The notes below the pieces were generated by a model that saw only the letters and a program-made list of their open reading frames with translations, was not told the origin of the DNA and made no database searches. A stretch of 64,000 nucleotides of DNA from Squalus acanthias (lineage: Eukaryota): NCBI GenBank assembly GCA_030390025.1, contig CM059433.1:23872001-23936000 (forward strand), in the 5' to 3' direction. The translations under genes and the position numbers were made by a program. Shown here one piece after another: positions 42,101 to 54,100 of this stretch. Position 1 is the first letter of the stretch; the number at the start of each line of letters is the position of its first letter.

Positions 42101-45100
42101 TCTAATATTGACACCATCTGTTCAGCTGCCTCTGCCACTTCCCTTCCTTCCCTAGCCCACTGGACCAAACTTCCTCTAAGGTTCCCCCCTCCCCTAGCCC
42201 TGAACTCTCATCTTTCTCCAGTTTCTCTCCGATCTCCCCTTACGACCTCTCTGTGCTCATCTTGTCTGAGACCCACCTCCTGCTCCCTCGACCCTATTCC
42301 CACCAAACTGCTGACCACCCAACTTCCTTTTCTGGCTCCCATGTTAACTGATATTGTTAACAGTTCTCTCTCCTCAGGTACTGTCCCCCTCTGCCTCAAA
42401 TCTGCCGTCATCACCCCTCTCTTCAAAAAACAAACCTTGATCCCTCCGTCCTTGCAAACTACCGCCCCATCTCCAATTTCCCGTTCCTCTCCAAAGTCCT
42501 TGAACGTGTTGTCGCCTCCGAAATCCGTGCCCATCTTTCCCGCAATTCCATGTTTAAATCCCTCCAATCAGGTTTCCACCCTTGCCACAGTACCGAAATG
42601 GCTCTCATCAAAGTCACAAATGACATCCTTTGTGACTGTGACAAAGGTAAACTATCCCTCCTCGTCCTCTTGACATGTCTGCAGCCTTTGACATGGTTGA
42701 GCACTCCATCCTTCTCCAACGCCTCTCCACCGTCATCCAGCTGGGTGGGACTGCACTCGCCTGGTTCCATTCTTATCTATCCAATCGTAACCAGAGAATC
42801 ACCTGCAACGGCTTCTCTTCCCACTCCCGCATCATTACCTCTGGTATCCCCCAAGGATCTATCCTTGGCCCCCTCCTATTTCTCATCTACATGTTGCCCT
42901 TTGGCGACATCATCTGAAAACACAGCGTCTGTTTCCACATGTACGCTGACGACACCCAGCTCTACCTCACTACCTCAGCTCTCGACCCCTCCACGGTGTC
43001 TAAATTGTCAGACTGCTTGTCCGACATACAGTTCTGGATGAGCAAAAATTTTCTCCAATTAAATATTGGCGAATCCGAAGCCATTGTTTTTGGCCCCCGC
43101 CACAAACTCCGTTCCCTAGTCACTGACTCCATCCCTCTCTCTAACATCTGTTTGAGGCTGGACCACACTGTTCGCAACCTTGGTGTCATATTTGACCCTG
43201 AAATGAGCTTCTGACCACATAGCCGCAGCATAACAAAGACCGGCTACTTCCAGTTCCGTAACATCGCCCGTCTCCGCCCTTGCCTCAGCTCATCCGCTGC
43301 TGAAACCCTCATCCATGCCTTTGTTACCTCTCGACTTGACTATTCCAACGCACTCCCACATTCCACCCTACGTAAACTTGAGCTCATCCAAAACTCGGCT
43401 GCCCGTGATCGAAACTGACAGCAAGTCCCGTTCGCCCATCACCCCTGTGCTCGCTGACCTACATTGGCTCCCGGTTAAGCAGCGTCTCGATTTCAAAACT
43501 CTCATCCTTGTTTTCAAATCCCTCCATGGCCTCGCCCCTCCCTATCTCTGTAATCTCCTTCAGCCCCACAACCCCCCCCCCCCCCCCCCCCCCCCCGAGA
43601 TATCTGCACTCCTCTAATTCTGCTCTCTTGAGCATCCCTGATTATAATCGCTCAACCATTGGTGGCCGTGCCTTCTGTTGCCAAGGCCACAAGCTCTGGA
43701 ATTCCCTGCCTAAACCTCTCCGCCTCTCTACCTCTCTTTCCTCCTTTAAGACGCTCCTTAAAACCTACCTCTTTGACCAAGCTTTTGGTCATCTGCCCTA
43801 ATTTATCCTTATGTGGATCGGTGTCAAATTTTTTGTCTTAAAATACTCCTGTGCAGCGCCTTGGGACGTTTTACTACATTAAAGGTGCTATATAAATACA
43901 AGTTGTTGTTATACCCCTGTAATAACTGTTGTCTCTCAACATTGGGAAAGAGGTAGAATTTGCGATTCAGTAATTTCTTTTGATTCTGTTCGTTGTGATG
44001 TTTGTTGCAAAGAAGAACATTATGACTGGTTTCAAATTGTATCCGATGTCAACTTAGTAAAGGGATGCTATGCTTATGATCTGGATACTGATAATATCCT
44101 TTTTGATTTCAGCCATCAAATACTATCGGAGGGCCATGCACCTTGTACCTGACATAGAATTCAGGATCAACTATGCCCATTCTCCCGAAAGTGATGGAAG
44201 TGGCAAAGCTTAGTATGTGAAAAATTACTGCTCAGACTCTATTCTAGTGATTCAGGGTGAAAAATATCGATGCTTTTCTTTCGAAACTATGTTTGACTAC
44301 TTGCATATATGGTGAAAGAATTTGGTTAAAGGAAATAAATGTAACATTTGCTTCATGCAATTAATTTACTCTGCATTAAATTCATTATTGAATGAAAGGC
44401 TACCAGGTATTCAATAGTACGAGGGAAAAATAAAGCCAGAGAATAATTCAGTACTGTAAACAGTTAGCATGTACTTCCTTTCATGAGGTGTATGGTGCTA
44501 AAGGTATTACGATCCAAATTTTCTTGCAGAACTGGTTATTTTTTTAAATAATTACCATGTTAACTTACTTTATATAAAAACAATTTAAGTTGGGGACTAT
44601 GTCCTATGCAAATAGTTTTGTTTTTCCCCCAGAGACAGGAGGTTGAAGTTAAGGATGTCCTGCATGCACGTCACTTTAACACTACAACAGGTTTATAAAT
44701 TATTGAACAGTACAGTATTTCTCTCTGCCATTTAATTGCCCTTGATGCGGAAGCTCAACATTCATTTAACTACCAGTTGGTTCCTTCGATTTTTTTTTTG
44801 TGAAAAGTGCTATACTGAACTAAATGGATATGTGAAGTAACTAGTTTATGTTATATGAGGAGTTCCGACCAACTCCTGCTGAAAGGTTTCAGATGACACT
44901 AAGTTAGGAGGAACAGTAAGTTGTGTAGATGGGAACAGAAAGTAACAAAGGGACGAACAGATTTAAATGAGTGGACAAAACCATGACAGCTGGCGTTCAA
45001 TGTGGGGAAGTGTGATCCAAGAAAGACAAATCGGAATTTTTTTAATGGCTAGAGACTAGAAACTGGAGGAGAATAGGGAGTTGTGTGTCTAGGTTCGCAA

Positions 45101-48100
45101 AAAGCTAGTGCACAGGTACAGTAGGTATTTGTTAGCCTTTATCTCGAGGGTTGGAATACAAAAGGGAGGTAGTTATGCTTTAGTCGCACAGAGCCTTGGT
45201 CAGACTCCATGTGGAGTATCGAGTTCAGTTCTCGGTACCGTTCCTCATGAAGGATACATTGACCTTGGTGCGGGTACAGCACAGATTTATCAAAATTACA
45301 CCGGAGCTTAAAAGGTTAAATGATATGGGCAGGTTGCATCAACCTGGGTTGTAATCCCTTGAATTTAGAAAGATGAGGAGTGATCCAATTGTGTTTAAAA
45401 TGTTAAAAGGATCCGATGGAGTAGATACAGAGTATCTGTTTCCTCTGATGAGGTAATCCACAATCTTAAAATTAGAACTGAGCCATTCAGTAGCGAAATC
45501 AGGAAGCACTTTATCACACAAAGGTTAGTGGAAATGTGGAATTCCCTCCTAAGAGGCTGTGGATGCTGGGTCAATTGACATTTTCAAGACTGAGTAAGTA
45601 TATCAAGGGATATGGATTAAAGGTGGGTAAATGGAGTTGAGGTTTGGATCAGCTATGATGTAATTGAACAATAGAACAGGCTCGAGGGGCTAATGGCCGA
45701 CTCCTGTTTCTATGTTTTGTCACTAGACTAGCACTTTATTACATTATCACTTCTTGATTTAACTGGGTGGCCTCCTGTGAAAATCATTTTTTTTAAATCA
45801 ATTTTTCTAAGTATACTCGTGTTTCAAAATGTTATGTCCCCCAGCCCCCGGCCCCCCCCCCTCCCCCTCCAATTTCCTCCCATCCTGTCCTGAAAATTCA
45901 AGCTGGATTGTGATTCTTTAGGTGCTGTCTTTCCTATAATACCTTGCACGTGGTTATTATTCATGTGTGGAACTTGACCTTGGGTGTTGCAGGCTATTTG
46001 AGTGAGGCAAGTATCACAGTTGAATTAGAACCCAACATTTACACACACACATTTCAGTAGGATCCCTGACTAGCAACAGAGAGTGGAAACCTTGGCTATT
46101 TTTTTCCCCTCCCTCGCTTAGGGACGTGGGAGGTCAGTTGTAGCACCTTACTGCTGCCAAGCTGAAATAAGAAAACTCAACACAGACTGGGAATTGAACC
46201 TAGAATCTTCATGGTCTATATCATAGAAATAAGAGGAGGCAATTTGACCCATCACCTGTGTGCTGGTGCTAGCTCTTCAACTGGAACTAGCTACTCTTCT
46301 AACTTCCCCCTTGTTTTTCTAGTGATAATCTTGAGTTAATGCCCTCCCATTATTGATTTGCTGACCAATGTCCTATGTTCCTATGTAAATAATCTTTCAC
46401 TGTTTACCCTCTCAAAACCTTTTTTTAATTTTGAAAACCTCTATTACCTCTCCCCAAACTGGCAACTGGAACACAATCTGTTCCCTTCATCATCTTATAA
46501 ACCTCAATCAGATCACCCCTCAATCTACATTTCTCTAAGCCTTTAGCCTATCTTGATAATTAAGATGCTTTATACTGGGAGTTAGACTACTGGCCCTCCT
46601 GCACCCTTTCCAAAGCCTCAAGATCACCCACCATGTGAGGAGACCAAAACTTCAAAGTGAGGCCTGATCAAGGTCTTTTACAAGGACAAAATAGTATGCC
46701 TCGTCTTGTACTCAGTTGTCCTTTGAATGCACCCCAACACCCTATTCTCTCTAGCTATCGCTTCACGACATTGCTCAGGTACTTTTAGAGATGTATGCAC
46801 GAGAATGCCCAGATCTCTTTCTTTCTCCACCTTCTTTAATGCTTTTCTCTGAATTTTGGTATGTATGTTGAGCGTTCGCCCTGCCCACATGCAAAACACT
46901 GCACTTTTCCAAGTTAAACAGCATTTGCCTGTCTCAAACCCAATCCCCCAACACATCAAGATCCGCCTGAAGCAGTCAAGCATCGTCTACAGTCCTAACA
47001 CTCGCACAGATCTTAGTATCATCTGCAAATTTGCAGATCGTGCCCCCAACACCTACATCTAGATTATTATTAACAATAGTAAAGAGCAACAGTCCCGACA
47101 CCGATCCCTACAGGACACCAATGGTGACCAGTCTCCAAACAGATCCAAATCCATCTATAACTACTTTTTGCCTACGTCCTTCCAGTCAGTTCCCAGTCCA
47201 ACTCAATATATTACCACTAATACCAGTGGTTTCAATCTTTTAGAGAAGCCTCTTGTGCAGTACCTTATTAAAAGCTAAGTAGACAATATATACTGGGCTT
47301 CCCTCATCCACCATCTTCGTGACTTCTCCACCATCTTTGTGACTTCTTCAAAAAATACAATCAGATTTGTAAGACATGACCTTTTTATGAAGCCATGTTG
47401 GGTGTCCCTAATATATCCCCCTCTATCCAAGAATTATGTATTGCATCCCGAATGATTCCCTCAAGTATCTTTCCTATTACTAATTACTAGTGAGCCTATA
47501 GTTACCCGGGTCCGTCTTGTCACCTGTTTTAAAGATTGGACTACATTAGCCTCCTTCCGGTCTACAGGAACCATCCCAGAGTGCGGTGAGCAATTAGAAA
47601 TATGGCTGGGGCTCGCACAGCACGTGTCCCATCTCCCTGAGGACCCTCGGGTGGATATCATCCGGCCTGGTTGCTCTATCTATTTTCAAGTTCTGAATTC
47701 TGTCTAAAACAATATGTTCATCTATTTTAATATTACTATTTTTATTATTAAAATCATTCAATTCTAATAGTCGAGCATCATCTTCCAGAGTGAAGACCGA
47801 TGCAAAGTACTCACTTAATATTTCTGCTGTATCCAGTGAGTCCTTTGTAACCTGTCTTTTTGAACATCCTTCAATGGCCCAGTACAGTCTTTGACAGTTT
47901 TCTGACTCTTCTGATAACTGAAAAAGCTTATCCCATTACTTCCACAATTGTCTACGATCCTCTTTTCCATTAGCCTTTTAGCTGATCTAATAGTAGCCTT
48001 TGTTTTCTTTAGCTGTTCCTTATACTCAACTCTGTTTAGTTAAGTTTACTCTGCTGAAATCTAGTACGAGTTGTAGATTCTCAATACCTTTAGTTCTACC

Positions 48101-51100
48101 AGCCAGTTGAAACCGTACAATGTTGTGGTCACTGTTGCCCAGATGTTCCCCCACATAGAGGCCTGATACAAGGTCAGGTTCACTACTATGGTCATTATTT
48201 CCTAAGTGTTCTCCTGATTTCAGTTCGCGAAGTTGTCCTCCATCATTATCCAGATCTAATGCTGCATCTTTTCTTGTTGGACATATAATTTACTGATGAT
48301 AATACAGTTTAGGATGCATTCCCTTCCTCAATTTGACCCACAAACTTTTACTTTATTGAGATACTTAAGGGGTGAAATTCACCATTGCTAAAAGAAAATC
48401 ATCCAGGGTGTAAGATGGGCTGCCGATTCACTATTGCCCATTTTGGGCTAAAACCCAAGATTAATCTTGCCCCCTTAAAGATCCATACTGTAACTCTATT
48501 ACTGTACAATCCTCATTTTCCCACTATCTTGTGGTCTACAATATACTCCCAATATGGTAATGAGTCCCTGATTATTTCCTAATTTAACTCTGACAGGCTG
48601 TGTCTGAGCATCACTATCAATATAAACTTCCCTTTCTAACAGTAATTATGTCCTTCATTTATAGGGTCACATCTACTTCCTTTATTCCTTCACTTGTCTC
48701 TCTTGAAAATTCTGTTTGGAATATTTTGAAACCTGGCTGAAGCCTAGTTTCCACCAAGGCTACTACAGCATGTTCTTCCATTCCAGTTAGTAACTCTAGT
48801 TCGCCAACTTTATTTCTAATGCTTTGCACATTCGCATATAAACACTGCAAATCTGAATGATTTGTCCTTCTCTTTGCCCCTTTCCTGTTGTTTTTTTTAA
48901 CTTATTCTTTCCTTCATAATGCCACTTAATTTCTCTATTTACCTTAAGGTGTATCTTTCCATATCCCTTACCTGAGCTTACCATTGATTTGCCCCCTTAC
49001 AATACTTAATTGTAACCCTTCCCTAATTTGTTCTAAAATTTGTGCTACCTCCTACCTTGTTAGTTTAATCCTTCCTCACTACTCTATTTACTCTCTCTGT
49101 GAGGACATTGGTATGATTCCATTTAGGTGAAGGCCATTCTGTCTATGAAGCTTCTCCACCTCTGATTTCCCTTCTCCGAGTTGCCATCCTTGTCTTTGTC
49201 ACAGTATCCAGCACTGTAGGACAATTTCAGATCCCCAGAAGTTGTCTAGCACTGTCTCTGCTTAAGCCCTCCTTCCATGCAAATAATAAAGGGTATGATT
49301 ATAAAAGATTAAGTATCTGGTTCAGGCAACTTGTGCTCAAATGACTGGCATTTTGTATGTGCTAAATTCAGGAGAAATTCCATACAAAAGTAGCAATATT
49401 AACTCCACTATTTAAAAAGGAGTCAAGGAGACATACCAGGAAACTGTAAACCAGCATGCTTAACAGTCTTGGGGAAAGTTTTTGGAAATTACTTGGGATT
49501 GTAATGGCTGAACACTTGGAAGAACATGAATTGTTAAAAGATGGTCAGCATGGATTCAGGAAAGGGTGGACATGTTTAACTAACCTGGTGGAGTTTTTTT
49601 AAAGATATTACTTATATGGTACAGAGAAAATATATTTGATATATACTTGAATTTTGCAAAGGTTTTTGACAAGGCTCCAGATTAATGGCTGTGGTAAAGA
49701 GTCAGGAAATAGGAAGCTAAGTTTGGTGCTGGATAGAAAATTGGGTTAAATACAGGAAATAGAGGGTAGGCATAGGTGGGAACATTTCAGGCTGAAAATA
49801 GGTTGGCAGTAGGGTACCACAAGGGTCATTCTTGGAACCCTTTTCAAAAAAATACATTATTGCTTTGGTAATCGTAAGAAAAATCTTCCAAGTTTGCAGT
49901 TGACATAAAAAAGTGAAGACAAGAAAAATAATGAGGAACAATGCAACCAGTTTCAGAATAACCTGGCCAAGAGGTGGCGGATTAAATTTAATGTAGCTAA
50001 GTGTAAAGTAATACGTATGGGAACAAGGAGCCAAAAGAACTTGTATGCCAAATAAACTATGGTACAGGAAACTTTCGTTTATCCGGCATCGACAGGACCG
50101 GCGTGGTGCCGGTTTATCGAAAGTACCGGATAACAGAGAGTTATATCTACCGAGGCTATTTTTAACAAAGAGACTCCAAGCAGCACGGGAGAATCTACTC
50201 ATGCTACTGCAATGTTTCGGACTTGCGACAGCGCCAGGAGGCCGAGTAGTGGCACTTTTGAAAAGTACCCCTACTGACTAAATCGGCGTTCTCGGACTCG
50301 GGATCGGCAACATTGCCGGTTATTTGAGAGGATTTTTCGGAGCACTCGGCGTTCGCGGAGACTCGACTGCGACTCGGCAACATTGCCGGTTATTTGAGAG
50401 GAGTTTTCGGAGGATGATTTTTGCCGGTTAAGCGAGAATTCCGGATATTTGGGTGCCGGATAAACGAAAGTTTCCTGTATAGTGTGCTGATCAGGAAAGA
50501 AAGGTGTTACAAATCTGCAGTGCTGGTAGCAGAGTGTTTAGCTGCGGCAAAAGAAAGATCGCATTAACAGAAGAGTAAATTAGGAAATTTAAAGTGAGAA
50601 GCTTGGTGTAACTTTTTCACCCAAATGAAATAAGTAAAAAGGTTGGTGGGTTAATCTCTGGAAAAAGTGATGAGCTTGTTGGATCTAATGACCTTTTCAT
50701 GGTCCTAAAAATGTGTTCTAAATATTTTTTTTAAAGCACATTGACTCCATCTTGTGGCCATTTTGTAGAGTACTTTAATTTCCTGTGTGCCGCTGTCCTG
50801 TTTAAGGACATCCTAAAAACATTGAGTTTGAAATGATCCCCGTTGGTATGCACTTCATATATCTGAAGTGTAAGATTACATATCCAATATCTAATGTGTA
50901 GATCCATATCAAGCTGAAATTTGAGGATATTTTCAGCTACAGTAATGACATCCTATCAGGAAAGTGAAATTGCTCCACACACTGGTCACTAGATGGAGTC
51001 AGTATGCTGATCTTTATTCCCCTTCCATATACATTTCTAACATTTGTAATTTCAAAAACCTTACTTTCATAAATGGTAGAGAGCACACTGTGTAGCTGAT

Positions 51101-54100
51101 GTATGGAAGTTGAACAACTCGTGCTCTTGAGTTACAGGCCTCATGTTATCAGTGCACACTAACCAGCATTTTTATTCTATCACCAGATAAAATTTTAAAA
51201 ACTGAATGATGGAAGTCTGATGAAAATAGAAAATGCTGACAATACAGGCTGTTTAAAGGCTCTTAGCCCATTAGAGGTCTTTTTGTAACAGTTAGCAGAT
51301 CAGTGCTTTTGACATACTTGATGCCACTGTTCATTTTGACTAGTCCTGGAAAGTAGTTCCTTTGTTCTTGCTATCTTAGTTCCTACAAAGAACTAATGTG
51401 AAAAGTTAACCTGTCTTTTCTCTTTTGAGTTGCTGAAGGACCTGCTATTTGCTTTTGGCATTTTCTGATCTTCTCTTCCATCATGATCTGTTTGCGGAGT
51501 TGATAGCTAGCTGCTAGCCTGAAGCAGTCACTCATTGTCCACTGGTTTACACTACACTGAAACATAGTATAAACTAGTGTATATATATGTACCCTTTCTG
51601 TTATATAAAAATGGAGATTTGACTCAACATCCTAATGATATTGTGCCAGTAGGTGGCGTTGCGGGCCGTAACATTATGCCACCGAATGTTACGTGCCCGT
51701 CGATCAACTGAACTCAGAGGTTGCCAACTGCGGTACTGAACATTGGACAAAAGGTGGTGGTGTAGCAGTACATTTTCTGCAGAAGGGTGGACAACCTGCC
51801 TTCCCTGGCCTATTTCCCTCCCCCGGCCCGTCTTCCTTCCCCGCCCGTCCTCCCCACCCCACCGCCCGTCTTCCTTCACTCCTCCACCCTCTTCACTCCT
51901 CCCTCTCCAATCCCCCCTCCCCCATCCTCTTCCCCTTCTGCCCTACCCGCAGCCATCGCAGTCCTACCTCAGTCCTTGTCCAATTATTTTCCACCCTGTA
52001 ACCCTCTTTGCCTTGAACACTACACTTAGCCTTGCCCTCGCCCCGCCCGTTGTACAAATCCACAAGAGATTGACTAGTTAAATAGTACAATCCATGTGCA
52101 GGATGAACCTGATAAGATTATGTTGTTGGGACAAGATTAAATTATCATCTCAAGCCTTTTGTGATTTTATCAGCACTATCCCCTTATTGTGCCATGGAAG
52201 TTGTAGGATGAAACAGGGCTTTGAAATTTTTGATGCTTAAAAAAAATTGTGATGTTATCTTGGGTGATTGTGGTCTAATTTCAACAGTAAATATACATTT
52301 GGTATAAACGCATTCTGATCCATTCCTATGCATCCTAATTTAGCAGATCCTGATAGTTATACCTGTTTTCTGAAATTCTGGTTAGAAGCATCCTTTTTTG
52401 GTTTTGCATTTCCCTGTTCAATTGCATGTGGTTGTACTTTGTTGTATGATATTTAAAGGAGAGTAGATCCGTGGGTAGGTGCTATTAATGATTAAATTTG
52501 GAGCACATCAGTCCTTAAATATTGACATCAGTAGAACTGGTCATTTTAGAGAAAGATTGCAGTTCAGTTTATTCTTTTCCAGTCTTTCAGTATTTGCTGT
52601 GCTTAGCCAGATACTTGTCAGAGTTTTTTAAAAAAACCTGTCGACTATCTTGAGAAGGACCGATGTTATTCAATATACTCAATCTGAAGGAATGCACTTG
52701 GTAGATATCTCCTTAACCTGACTGAAGTACTGTATGCTGCGTGGGGGATTGGAAACATCGGAACATGAGTAGGCTATTTAGCCCCTCAAGCTAAGCTAAT
52801 TAGATTATGGTAGATCTGTACCTCAACTCCATTTGCTTGCCTTTGCTCTATATCCATTGATACCCTTACCTAATAAAAATCTATCAATCTCGTCTTGAAA
52901 AATTTAATTGACCCAGCATCCACAGCCTTTTTGGGGGAAAGTGCTTCCTGATTTCACTCCTAAAGCGCTGTGGGACGTCCTGAGGTCATGAAATGCCCTT
53001 TATAAATGAAAGTCAATGGCTGAGGTCTAATTTTAAGATTTTGCCCTCTTCTTGATTCCCCAACTAGAGGAAATAGTTTCTGTATCTCTACACTATCAAA
53101 TCCCTTTATCATTGTAAATACCTCGATTAGATCACTCCTCAACCTGCTAAACTTCTAAAGGAAATACAAACCAAGTTTATGCAATCTGTCCTCATAACTT
53201 AACCCTTTACGCACTGGTATCATTCTGGTGAACCCCTTCCAAGACCCATATATCTTTTCTGAGGTTTGGTCCCCAAAACTGAACGCAGTACTCCAGATGG
53301 GGTTTCACCAAGGCTCTGTGCAACTGAAGCATCATTTCCTCACTTTTGTAATCCACCCCCTTTTGAGATAAAGGCCAGCATTTCATTAACCTTTTTGATT
53401 ACTTTTTGTACCTGTACACTACTTTTAGTGATTTTTATACATGGACACCTAAATCCCTTTGCTCCTAGTCTCTCGCCATTAAGAAAATATTCCGATTTGA
53501 CTTTCTCCGATCCAAAGTGGATGACCTCACACTTCCCCATATTTGAATTCCATCTACCATAGTTTTTCCCCATTCACTTAATCTGCCCATGTCCCTTTGT
53601 AACATTCTCCTCCGATCCACACAACTTACTGTGCCTCCTAATTTGGTGTCATCTGCAAACTTGAACATACAACTCTCTATACCTTCATCCAAGACATTAA
53701 CATATATGGTGACAAGCTGAGGCCCCAGTACAGATCCCCGAGGAACACCACTTGTCGCATCCTGCCAATCAGAGAATGAACCCTTTATCCCTATCTCTGT
53801 CTCCTAACTCCCAACTAATTACCAACCCATATCACTAGATAAGCATATCTGACCCCATAAAAGAGTCCTAACCATCTGAATGTTTTAAAACATAAAAACA
53901 TTTTACCATTAAAGATAGAGGCAAATGTAAAAGTATTTCCCTCACTAAATCCTGCTCCACTGTAGTACGCTTTTTCTCCTTTAATGGTACTTACCAGGAG
54001 TGTTACCTTGTCTGATCAAATCTGATCTTTCTGATATTTTTGTCCTATTTCACCTTTACAATGCTTCGGGTCCAATAACATGGCAAGCTTAGTATTACTA

